Positions 39,990 through 51,296 of a stretch of DNA of 64,000 nt are shown piece by piece (the stretch's first letter is position 1; each line of letters starts with the position of its first letter). This DNA comes from Podarcis melisellensis. Taxonomy: Eukaryota. Under the pieces are notes generated by a model. That model made no database searches. It worked only from the letters and a program-made list of their open reading frames with translations, and was not told the DNA's origin. The stretch is from NCBI GenBank assembly GCA_964234715.1, contig OZ174286.1; one strand, 5' to 3'. The position numbers and the translations under genes were made by a program.

Positions 39990-40170
39990 AGACATAAAGG
40001 TGTCTTATACCGAGTCAAACCATTGATCCAACTAGCTCAGCATTTACTACGCTGAATGGCATGAGTTCTCCAGGGTTAAAGACAGGGTTTGCTCCCAGCT
40101 GTACCTGGCAATACCAGAGATTGAACCTGGAATTCTGAATGCAAACAGACGCTCCACCACCAAGATGACG
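39990..40170 (-). mobile_element. Old tRNA-derived SINE (Squam2-like)
   Basis: GATTGAACCTGG B-box on the minus strand; related plus-strand copy at ~53135-53262. Confidence 0.6.
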
Positions 40171-41873
40171 TCTTCTTGAGTCTCCTAAGTGGGGGAAACA
40201 GCAAATATAAACAAGTTTTGTGCAAAATTGCATTTTTGGCATAATGTGCAAAAGCAGCTCATAACTGAGGTCCTAACCTTAAGCAAGGCTTATTGGAAGT
40301 AAATTCCAATGAAATGAATGGAACGTGGAATGTCTTTGTTTTGTGTGTTTTTTATTCCCAATTCATCCTTTCCCCATCTCCCTATTTTATTTCTGTAATC
40401 AACTTTTACATTATAATCAAGCCAGTTTGGAATTTTGACAGTTCCTGCTGCTGACAGCTCATGATTAAAACAGTTGCGTTCCACAGAGGTGCATTTTTCT
40501 CAAAATCCCCAAATTCTCTGTAACTGTATGTTGTACAGTACTTCAAAAAGGGGGAAATATAATATTTTAACAGTCAGAAACAGGGACATCGTATGAGGAA
40601 GAGTATGCTGCTTGTAACAGATATTATACAGCTTTCTCCTTTAACTGTACATCCTCCAGGTCAATTGGCTGATATTTTAATTTACATGGATTCTTTTGAA
40701 AGGTTTCTAAATGAAGGTCCTGAGGAAAATATATAACATTGTGATCATCATATTTTACGGTTATTACTGTGTACACGTTAAATGTGAATTAATGCAATAA
40801 AACAGTGCATTTCACATAAAAAATACACTGAATTCCACTGCTCTTGCTGACATGGTTCATGTATCAATGTAATTACGCCTTACAAATCTTGAGCAAGAAA
40901 GACTCCTTTTACACTTTAACAAAATAATAATAATAATGGTCCACCATTGTCTGAATTAAGAGGAAATTAATGCATTCCTAAGTTTAATGCATCTTCTCTG
41001 ATCACACTTTCATATACAGTATATAAAGAGAGGGAGAAAAGGGGACATATATTGCTGAACATATGAGACCTGATTGGGCACTTATTCCATGTTTAGAGTG
41101 CTCTAGAGGGCTATCATGGCAGTTCTGCTACAGGTGAGTGGTATAGGAATTGTGCCTTTGCAAGGCTAACGTAGGCAAGATATAGAGGCACACAGAGAAG
41201 AAATATACAGAGATGCTGTTTGTTCTCCCAAAGGAACCTTGCACCTGTGTAACTTTCCTATTTCCATATGTTGTTTCAGTTAAATGTATTTTATTTATTG
41301 GATTGTACTGCTGCCATCCCAACCCACCCCCCAAAAAAAAACCAAACACAGCTTACAGTCACAAAAATTCAAGCAACCACAAACAGCAATTAAGTTTACA
41401 GGGATATAAATAGCAGGGCCAGAAGATTTAAAAACAGCAGCTAAAAGTAATTGGGTGGAATCCAACTGGGGCTCCAGCACTTGCCGAAGGGCTTTCGAGC
41501 CAGTGGATGCCTGTGCTAGTAGAAGAAGTGGGGAGGCATTCTTATTTTTTTGCTGATTTGTCCTCCTGCAGCCCCTGCCCCTGATGTCACCCTCTGCCAT
41601 GACTTTGAAAGTTCTGCAACTGTCCAGAACCAGTTTTCAGTGGGTGCTTCCTGCAAAATAGGGGTGTTAGCCCATGTGGTTGTTTAATTCTATAAACCTA
41701 ACTAATATTAATACTAATGCTAATATATTATTTATATCCCACCCATCTGGCTGGGTTTACCCAGCGACTCTGGGTGGCTTCCAACAAAAGATTAAAATAC
41801 AATAATTCATCAAATATTAAAAACTTCCCTAAACGCTGGATTATTTCAACTAATTGTCTGATTCAGTAGTGCT

Positions 41874-42228
41874 AGGTAAAGGTAAAGGGACCCCTGACCA
41901 TTAGATCCAGTTGTGACTGACTCTGGGGTTGCAACGCTCATCTTGCTTTATTGGCCGAGGGAGCTGGCGTACAGCTTCCGGGTCATGTGGCCAGCATGAC
42001 TAAGCCGTTTCTGGCGAACCAGAGCAGCGCACAGAAATGCTGTTTACCTTCCCTCCATAGCGGTACCTATTTATCTACTTGCACTTTTACGTGCTTTTGA
42101 ACTGCTAGGTTGGCAGGAGCAGGGACCGAGCAACGGGAGCTCACCCCGTCATCGGGATTCGAACCGCCGACCTTCTGATTGGCAAGTCCTAGGCTCTGTG
42201 GTTTAACCCCCAGCGCCACCCAGGTCGC
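41874..42228 (-). mobile_element. Sauria SINE, full length
   Basis: (AGGTAA)n tail; GGGATTCGAACC B-box; conserved body. Confidence 0.92.
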
Positions 42229-42335
42229 TCCATATCCACCTCCATGGGATGTTGACACATCCTCAGCTGAAGTTCTGGACAAGAACAGGCTCTGCATGCA
42301 AATCAGGGCCACTGTCTTTTGTCTACAACTTGTAT

Positions 42336-42590
42336 AAAGGTAAAGGGACCCCTGACAGTTAAGTCCAGTCGTGGACGATTCTGGGGTTGCAGCGTTCATC
42401 ACACTTTAAAGGCCAAGGGAGCAGGCGTTTGTCCACTTTCGCAGTTTTCCGGGTCATGTGGCCAGCATGACTAATTCGCTTCTGGCGAGCCAGAGTAGCA
42501 CACAGAAACGCCGTTTACCTTCCCGCCAGAGTGGTACCTATTTATCTACTTGCTCTTTGACGTCCTTTCGAACTGCTAGGTTGGCAGGAG
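42336..42590 (-). mobile_element. Sauria SINE, 5'-truncated
   Basis: AAAGGTAAAGGGACCCC tail and body; head absent. Confidence 0.9.
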
Positions 42591-42872
42591 TTAGTTCAGA
42601 GAAAAAAGGCAAGTAAAGGTTGACATGAGAGAATTTTGTAAGAAAAATTATGCATGGCGTGGAGAAAATGGATAGAGAAAAACTTCTCTCCCTTTCTCAG
42701 AACGTTGGAACTTGTCAACTTCCAGTGAAGCTGAACGTTGAAATATTCCGGAGATGTGAAAGGAAGTACAGTTGTACCTCACGTTACATACACTTCAGGT
42801 TACAGACTCCGCTGACCCAGAAATAGTACCTCGGATGAGAACAGGAATGCTTCAGGATGAGAACAGAAATCG

Positions 42873-44799
42873 GGGACTTCCGGGATAGCGCGATCCGGTA
42901 ATGGCGGATTCCCTCCGAGCTCCGGAGGGAATCGGCTCCGCAGAGGACGGGTCTTGCCGTGCCGGCGACACGGGGACCCTTAAAAACCGCAGGCGCTGAA
43001 GCCTGCGGACTTGGTGACTCGGTGGGCACCTTAAACGCCCTCCCCGACCCGCGAAGAGCCTTTTTAAAGGCTGCAGAGTGGACTGGGGTGCGGCGCGGTG
43101 CTGAGAGTCCATCGCTACCTCCGCGGAGCGAAGCCGCGAGCCATGGCCGGAGAGCGCTGTCTTCCTTCCTGAAATTTGGACTGAAACAAAGAACCCGTGA
43201 GTAAAATGAAAATTCGATATTAAAATTTTACCTTTGATTGGAGTACGACCGGGGGATGTGCTAAAAGGAAGTCCACACTCCCCCCCCCCCACAAAAAGAT
43301 TCAAGCAAGGAGAGGAGCACTGAGGTGGAAAGACTTTTGTGCTTAAAAAGATAACTTGCACGAATTGGATTAAAAAGTTACTGTGCTGGAGAGGAGAGAG
43401 GAATTTTAGAAGCTTTTATGTAATCCCCCCCCCCATTCTGAACCCGGGAGTGTCCTGCGTGTGAGCCTGAGGAAAAAGAGAAAGAAAGTTTGACAGCTGT
43501 CAAAAGAGCTGTCAAACGGACGATTAAAGGCTGGAACTGTGATATTTAGAAATTTATTTTTGGATTAAAGGTGACATATTGTATCTGAACTGATTGGAAA
43601 CAAAGTATTTTTGAACAACAAAGTAACGAATTGTTGGAAAAGGACTATTGGACTGGCAATCCCCCTGGAGGGAACAAAAGATACTGCAATGGCTGCAGAA
43701 GGAAAATTACTGGCAGAGATTGAAAGGATGTTCTTTCTCGTGGGAATTCTACAACAGCAGACTGCAGATATAAACAAACAACTTGTGACCTTGAATTTGA
43801 AATTGAGCAACTCTGCTGACGACATAAAGTTGGAAAAAAACCCGGCAGCCGGAACAGAAGAGACAGCTATGGAAATGGGGGGAAGAGAAGAAGAAGAAGG
43901 AGAGGATGTTCAGACGGAAAGCACCAACCAAAAGCCTGCAGCTTTAGGAAACAAGGGAATTGAAGAAGAGGACCAGTGGACCGTAAATCTGCAAAAGGAG
44001 AGAAGGACAAAGGAAGAAGCCCCTGGAATATCTGAAATACCGGAATATAAAAGAATAAACAAACATGATTGGGACTTCTTCCTCAAGTTTGAGGATGGGA
44101 GACTGGCAGACCCTTGGCAGCAATTGCTATTGACTGATTTGGTGGAAGGAAAGAACAAGCATGACTGGGACCCTTTTTTTAAGTTTGAGCATGGGAGACT
44201 GGCAGATCCTTGGCAGCAACTGCTACTGACTTTGGTGGAAGGAAAGAAGAGGGAGTTTGGGACACAACTCCTTCGAGAACTGAAGGCCAATAAGCAACAA
44301 AACAGACGGAGAGAGACTAACTGGGGCTTGAGAGCCTCGGATGTGAGAAATCCGGGCTGAAACAGTTCTTTTAGAATAGTGACTTGGGAAGTGACTTGGG
44401 CCAGGGAGGGAGGGGGAGAGTAGAATAGTAAAAATTTATGACTTATGATTTTTTAATTTGGATATGTTTTGTTTAATATAAAAAGGGAGGATTTCGTGGG
44501 AGAGAAGGCAGGTCGACCTTAGAGAAAGGAGCTAATGTGTAAAAATTGGACAATTAAATTTGAGCCTAACAAGAGACGTTAAATATTAAGAACAGAGGAT
44601 AACAATATAATAGAGAGAAGAGGAAATAACTTGCTGAATTAACTATTGAAACTGGAATGTGGGAAGGAGAGTTGTGGGGAAGTCAAGGAAAGAGGGTAAT
44701 GAAAATTATATATGTTTTATTTTGTGTTTTGTGTTTGTGTGTGTGTTTGTCTACAAAAAATGTGAAAACTCAATAAAAATTTATTAAAAAAAAAAAAAA
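42873..44799 (+). mobile_element. Apparently full-length single-ORF non-LTR retroposon (HAL1-like, L1-dependent)
   Basis: Perfect 14-bp TSD GAGAACAGAAATCG (42859-42872, 44800-44813); CpG-rich 5' end GGGACTTCCGG...AATGGCGG; AATAAA 44772-44777; A14 tail 44786-44799; no RT or endonuclease. Confidence 0.85.
43689..44360 (+). CDS. 223-aa protein of the retroposon: heptad-like N-terminus, acidic linker, duplicated 32-aa Trp-rich module, basic C-terminus
   Basis: ATG in strong Kozak context (GCAATGG); intact frame; repeat copies differ mostly at synonymous sites plus one 3-nt indel. Confidence 0.65.
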   Translation: MAAEGKLLAEIERMFFLVGILQQQTADINKQLVTLNLKLSNSADDIKLEKNPAAGTEETAMEMGGREEEEGEDVQTESTNQKPAALGNKGIEEEDQWTVNLQKERRTKEEAPGISEIPEYKRINKHDWDFFLKFEDGRLADPWQQLLLTDLVEGKNKHDWDPFFKFEHGRLADPWQQLLLTLVEGKKREFGTQLLRELKANKQQNRRRETNWGLRASDVRNPG

Positions 44800-45005
44800 G
44801 AGAACAGAAATCGTGCCGCTGCGGCGCAGCGGTAGCAGAAGGCCCCATTAGCTAAAGTGGTGCTTCAGGTTAAGAACAGTTTCAGGTTAAGAACGGACCT
44901 CCAGAATGAATTAAGTACGTAACCAGAGGTACCACTGTACTTCACTCAGGGCATTTTGAAACTATGGAACTTTCTCCCACTGGGGGCAGTAGTAACCACC
45001 AACTT

Positions 45006-45369
45006 AAAGGTAAAGGTAAAGGTACCCCTGCCCGTACAGGCCAGTCTTGACAGACTCTGGGGTTGTGCGCCCATCTCACTTAAGAGGCCAGGGGCCAGCG
45101 CTGTCCGGAGACACTTCCGGGTCACGTGGCCAGCGTGACATCGCTGCTCTGGCGAGCCAGAGCCGCACATGGAAACGCCGTTTACCTTCCCGCTGGTAAG
45201 CGGTCCCTATTTATCTACTTGCACCCGGAGGTGCTTTCGAACTGCTAGGTTGGCAGGCGCTGGGACCGAGCAGCGGGAGCGCACCCCGCCGCGGGGATTC
45301 GAACCACCGACCTTTCGATCGGCAAGTCCTAGGCGCTGAGGCTTTAACCCACAGCGCCACCTGCGTCCC
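45006..45369 (-). mobile_element. Sauria SINE, young full-length copy of a distinct subfamily
   Basis: AAAGGTAAAGGTAAAGGTACCCC tail; many intact CpGs; head ...GCGCCACCTGCGTCCC. Confidence 0.93.
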
Positions 45370-45430
45370 ATTTTAGATGGTTTTAAAAGAGGACTAGACT
45401 GCTTTTGTGCTCAAATCCTGCTTGCAGGTT

Positions 45431-46421
45431 ATTATAACCTTTGTAAAAACAAAACCCCAAAAGCTTTTCTTTTGGGAATTACAGGGACCTAAAATGTATA
45501 GAAACTTATTCATGTATGCTACTACAGCGGCAAGAATGTCACTTGCCCCAAAATGGAAAGAAGCAGAGGTCCCAGCAAAGGAAGGATGGATACAAAAACT
45601 TTGGGAATATGCAGAAATGGCGAAACTTAATGACTGGGAGAATAAGAAATCAATATAACATTTTTTAAATAAAATAAAATAATGGTTTCTTGAATATTTA
45701 CAGATAAATCATAAACAGGTAAAAATGGTGTCAGGATTATTGTAACAACCTGCAGTTTTATATATTGAAAGAAGATGAATGAATGAATGAGCAAATTAAG
45801 TTAATTTGGATAGGCAGAAGATATTGAAAACAAATTTAATCACCTGTAGAAAGAGGGGGATTGTCAGGGAACTGCCAGGGGCGAGAGGGGCAAAGCCCGA
45901 TGGATTACAGAGAGCCCCCAAAGATCGTGGGAAGCAGTTTCTCCTCAGCGGAGAAGAGTAACCACGCCTCCAGTGGAGAGGAGCTTCAGGGCTCGGAGGA
46001 GGCAAGGCGGTGCCAGGACAACTTGCCCAGGCAAAGTGGGGAGGAGAGAGGTCCCCCGTTACCCACGCCCTCCTTGCGCAGTAAGCTTCCGCACCAAGAG
46101 GGGAGGCACAGACTGGGCGTCAAGAAACTACTCTGCTGGGGAAGGTTTAAGGACCGCCCACTCACATATTCTGCCAGTGAATGAGCGAGCCATGGAATAG
46201 TGGCACTCTGGACAGATAAAGTTTATTTTGGCATCAAAAGCAAGGCTTCACAGCCAAGCAGGGAGGCATTTGCCTGCTTGCTCTCGAGCAACCCCTTGGA
46301 ACCCTAACAGCGATCAAAGTCAAGTTTTGAAATGTCAAAATGAATGTAAAATTAGTGAAATGTATAAAACTAGTGAAATGTATAAACTTGAATAAATGAA
46401 TGAATGAATGGGGGGGGGGGG
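45431..46421 (+). mobile_element. L1 LINE 3' fragment (ORF2 C-terminus plus 3' UTR), interrupted by a solo LTR
   Basis: LFMYATTAARM.LA.KWK..EVP.KE.W.QKL.EYAEMAKL; 17-bp TSD AATCCTGCTTGCAGGTT / AATCCTGCTTTCAGGTT. Confidence 0.85.
45862..46309 (+). mobile_element. Solo LTR, 448 bp
   Basis: TGTCAGGG...CCCTAACA termini; 5-bp TSD GGGAT/GCGAT; GATAAA variant signal ~46215. Confidence 0.8.
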
Positions 46422-49386
46422 AATCCTGCTTTCAGGTTTTCTGCAGGCACCTGGTTAGCCACTGAGAGAACAGGATGCTGGGCTAGATTTGCCATTTGCC
46501 TTCTTCAGTCTTACATTCTTATCAGTTGCATCCTGAAATCTTACAGTCCGTCCCTGGGTGGGCATCCGAAGGGCCATAGGAAGCATCAGATATCCCCCCC
46601 CCAAGGATAAAAAGCAGAGTTCTTGCTTCAGAAGACATATCTGATGCCTCCTCTCCTTCCTATAGCTGTGGAAACACCTGCAGACTTCGTCCTACTGACA
46701 GGTATACTTAATGTATAAATAAGTAAAGGACCTGCAGGAGCAAATTGGAAATATGGAAGACCGGGGTGGGAAGGAGGGCTTTGATATGCAGAGTTTAACA
46801 TCTTCCCAGAGACCCAGACCCCCCAAGATACCTAAAAATAATTGGCAAACTACCCCAGCTGTTAGTTTATTACCCTCCAGTTGTTCCCAATGAAATGAAA
46901 ATTGGATTCTTAAAACACACACAAAAATAGTCTAGAGGAATGCCCTCATGTGTTGATCAGAGCATTGGATGAGGCAGCTTCCGTCAGTTCTTCCTTCCAC
47001 CTTAGGATTGCAGCTTTAATCAAGTAATTAGTGTATTAAATTTGCATCTTAGGGAAGCAGTATTTCAGAAAGAAAAGCATACTTTTCTCGCAAGAAGGCA
47101 CCATCTTTAAAGAGGCCTTCCTTTGCAGGGGAGGGGGATTAAGACAGTCCTATTCATGTGACGAAAAGGTTCCAAATCAATTAACCTATTGATGGAACAC
47201 TGTATCCCTAAAAAATGAGATATGTTATTTTAAGATAACATGTTCAAACAATATATGTCTTGTTGGATTTTAGAATGCTCTTTTTATCAGAAAGTTTATT
47301 CAGTATATCCATTTGTATGTATGTCTTCTATTGTCATCGCCTGTGGCTAATCTAAAAATAGTTGATGACAGAGGCTCAAAACTGTAAAAAGTAGATACCT
47401 AGGATAACGTTTGGCACATTTCTCTCTCATTTCCCTTTCTCACCACATTGCCTTAGGGATAATACCATCTTCGGAAGTAAGCACTAAAATTTACTGTACC
47501 TTCTAGTTAAAATCTCAACTCAAGGCTGTAATATCTATAAAGAAAACATTGCTGGAAAGATTGAAGCTTTGATACGGCTGTTCACATACCTGAGCAGACA
47601 GTAGAATAAATACTGGAAATGTTATCTTTGTTCTTTATACAAGGTGCAGCAAACATTGGTGACAAAACACTTTTTATTTTCTTTTGATGTGATGCTTTTA
47701 ACAATATATAATCATTATCAGTCAATACTGCCGTTGACAGTAGGTGTCATGAAAGGTTTATTATTATTATTATTTGTGACCTTTAAATGCCACATTCCCA
47801 GATGATCAGGTAGAAAAAATATTTCTCATATTGGTAAGCATTTTGAATAAATCAAAATGCTTCTGGGTAGGGATTTGCAAATTTCTACTTTGACACCCTG
47901 TATTTAACCAATATTCCCTTCCTTTGTCCTATCCAGCTTGCAAATGTAGGATTTTCCTTCCTGTTTGTGGGGTGAATCATACATTGTTTTTGTACTTACA
48001 CTTAAACATCTTAAATACACTTTCATTATGCAAGGAATCAGCGTTGGGTTTCTTCTGTTAAGTAGCTAGCCTGGAATATTCCCTTCTGTTAGGAGAACGG
48101 GCCTTTTCATAACTAAAAAGTTGACCAAGTATAGGTGCTTTGTTGCCATTGTAGTCAATGGTTATAAATGTCATTTGAAGCAGCAATGCCAGCATAATGT
48201 ATAAGGAGGATGATCCTGTTGAGAACCCATGAACCCTTACAAACAATGCAACTGTACGTGTACAGATGATTATGGATACTGTGTGGGGAAAAATGTAATT
48301 ATGGGTAAGGAGCCACAGTGAGCCTGAGCCTGTTGAGACTCATGGGTGCCTTTTTAAAAATGCATCTATTACATTATTATCATCATCACCCTCAGTATGA
48401 TTTGGATTTCTTACCCAAGTCCTTAGAAGAGGATTGCAAAAATGGTTAAGGAGATAGCCTGCCACATTCCCTTTTATTGGCAAAATGTGCCTTTGCATAA
48501 CTAAAGAATAAGGTGATTAGTTGCCATAGCAGCTAATGTACTAAGAAGTTGTTTGGAAGCAGTAGCCTCTGTATAACACAGTAATCACATTACAAATAAA
48601 CAAACAAAAACCCGTTTTGTGGTGTCAGAAACCACTCAGTAATTTGCCATGAAAATTTACAAACAGAAGTGAAAGAGTTAATTCCAAGGCAGTCCTGGGG
48701 TGCCAGAACATCTCCCAAGCTTATTCATAGATGCAGATTTGAATAATCTATCTAGGGATACTTTGCAGAATGCCCTCTGTGTCCTGGTTGATTTTGAAAC
48801 GTTCAAAAGTCAGCCGCCCACCCTGGTAAAATACATTCAACATGTCAAATCCAAATCTTTATCCAATCCTATATGATATAGTCATTGTGTCCTTTATTCA
48901 TTATGATAGGATGGCAAGACAGATCTGCCTGTCATTGAAAGAATGATGCTGAAAGTGAAAAGATCCCTGATAAAGTGCCATGTTCTATAATTGCTTGTTT
49001 CATTACTTTTTTTCATCCTTAGCTCCAGGATCAGGCAAAATAAATAACCGAAGCATGTCTCATACAGGAGGATGGAGTAGGGATGTAGAACAAGCAATAG
49101 CTTCACTACAAAATTAAGTTCATATTTAATTACGTTACATGTGTGATGTGTATAAAAGGAGCAGCAGTTGAATGCACATGCGTCTGTTTTCCTCCCCCCA
49201 ACCATCTCTCCATGTGGCCCCAGGCACTGGCAACCCATGCTATGCCACTGCCCTCTCTAACTTGCCCAAGCTGTTTTAACCACCAGGAAAAGCATATACA
49301 GTAGAATTCCATGCAAATACAGCAGATGGCCACTGTCAATACTGTGCAATATCACAGTTTGAAGGAGGGGGGTCTCTATTGATTGT

Positions 49387-49699
49387 AGAGTGTCTCCACC
49401 CCCATCGTTCTAGCCGGACACTGAGGTCCAGCATCAAGGGCCTTCTGGCAGTTCCCTCACTGTGAGAAGTCAAGTTACAGGGAACCAGGCAGAGGGCCTT
49501 CTCAGTAGTGACACCCGCCCTGTGGAACGCCCTCCCACCAGATGTCAAAGAGAACAACTACCAGAGTTTTAGAAGACACCTGAAGGCAGCCCTGTTTAGG
49601 GAAGCTTTTAATGTTTGATCTATTACAGTATTTTAATATTTTTTTTGGAAGCCACCCAGAGTGGCTGGGGAAGCCCAGCCAGATGGGCAGGGTATAATA

Positions 49700-49746
<47 letters not shown>
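49387..49746 (+). mobile_element. L2-type LINE 3' end with (ATT)n tail
   Basis: GCCCTGTGGAACGCCCTCCC...GAAGGCAGCCCTGTTTAGGGAAG...CCCAGAGTGGCTGGGG; same family at 56545-56892; short minus-strand tails at ~32370, ~41730 and ~53670. Confidence 0.85.
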
Positions 49747-49747
<1 letters not shown>

Positions 49748-51046
49748 GCTTCAAAACTTTCACGCATTTTGCCAATATCGGGTCTCAGAAGTTTTGGGTG
49801 CTGGGCACTCTCACTACGTCAGGAATAACATACCCACCTCCCCACACTGCTCCAAAACTTTGGACAATCTATGCGCAATCTATCTGGAAGATAAATTGTA
49901 TTTCGAGGAGTTAGTGATCTGACATGGTTACCTTTCCTGCCTCTGTTCCTTAAGTTCTTTGATAGCATGAAGAACAGCCTTTAATGCCCTAATCAGTTGG
50001 AAGGAAGTAATAGTGTTAGGTACCTTCTGTGATGTTGGACATTGTTTTGAGAAAATGGGGCATTGGGAGGGGGTGGCTAATGAATAATCTGCACATAGCC
50101 AGTAATGAATGATCTGCATGTAGCCAGTCGGGCAACCCACACAGGCTAGCTATATTGGATGGTTTTAGGCAGAGTTTTTGAGAAGCTTGTGCATGGGCTG
50201 ATCAGTCGTGGGGCCATGCAAACTGAGGCTACCTGGGGGAGTCACTTTGCTGCTTCTTGAGGGCTTCCAAGTGGCAGATTTAAGTGCTTGCTTGGTATGT
50301 ATATATTGTTTGCTGTTTAGAATAAAATCTTTAATCTGCTCACTCACTTGTGTTTTGTATTGCTTGAATCTCATTTCAAAATAAGCACCCTGCATTGGGC
50401 AAGACAGACTGCTTCATGGTTGCATTCCATGTAGTCTTGTAGGTGTTAGATACCACCTTTTCATTATCTGCATCTTGAGCGTGATCGTATAAAGGTTTGT
50501 GTGAAAGCTGAGCCCCAAATCTTTCCCCATTGCTAAAATGTAGGAAGTAATGGTTTCTCATAAGCTCATGTGTTAGATTTGGAAGACCAGGGTGGAAAAG
50601 CGTCAACCATGCTATGATCCTCTTCTCCTGCCACCATGTGAAGTTCCCTGAAGAAACAGAAAATGCCACAAGGCAACACAATGCTTTCTTGATGGATGAA
50701 GATTCATAAGCTGAGGAAGCTAGGGGTAGTAGGTGCTGCTGTTTTAATGAAATTAATGTTTTGCTGATATGCTACACATCATGTCTTAGGTCACATCCAC
50801 ACCGCAACATGCTTTAAAGGTATGTTGTGGGTGTGACCTGTATGACTGGGGAAGTAATGTTACTGAACTTAGTTTTATTGAAGCTGGGTTATCCACCTGA
50901 GTTGTTTGTGTTTTAATCTCAATAAATATATATTTAAAATGAAGTAATATGGACTTTCTGAGCCTTCATATTACTAATACTATTGTCATTACATTTTCTC
51001 TGCTATGCTTGCTGCAGACTCATGAGGAAAGGGGAATGTTCCAGAA

Positions 51047-51296
51047 CAGGGGTCAGCCATCTTTTTCAACAAAGGGCCGGTCCACTGTCCCTCAGACCTT
51101 GTGGGGGGCCGGACTATATTTTGAAGGGGGGGGGAAATGAATTCCTATGCCCCACAAATAACCCACAGATGCATTTTAAATAAAAGCACACATTCTGCTC
51201 ATGTAAAAACACGCTGATTCACGGACCATCTGCAGGCTGGATTTAGAAGGCGATTGGGCCAGATCCGGCCCCCAGGCCTTAGTTTGCCTACCCTTG
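51047..51296 (+). mobile_element. hAT (Charlie-like) MITE
   Basis: CAGGGGTCAGC...GCCTACCCTTG; TSD TTCCAGAA/TTCCAGAG. Confidence 0.88.

Larger units (their letters stand above)
42769..44937. mobile_element. Tigger-like MITE interrupted by a 1.9-kb retroposon
   Basis: TA-CAGTTGTACCTC ... GAGGTACCACTG-TA; the halves join to match the intact copy at 59757-59991. Confidence 0.92.
42630..46520 (+). mobile_element. Old CR1 3' fragment split into pieces by later insertions
   Basis: Colinear pieces ~42630-42768, 44938-45005, 45370-45430 and 46422-46520 rejoin into a CR1 tail (AAAGGAAGTACTTC...AACTATGGAAC...GATGGTTTTAAAAGAGGA...ACAGGATGCTGG.CTAGAT). Confidence 0.7.

Noticed and set aside
44325-44360. 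C-terminal SDVRNPG resembling a 2A ribosome-skipping motif
   Set aside because: Lacks the D(V/I)ExNPGP spacing and is followed by a stop rather than Pro
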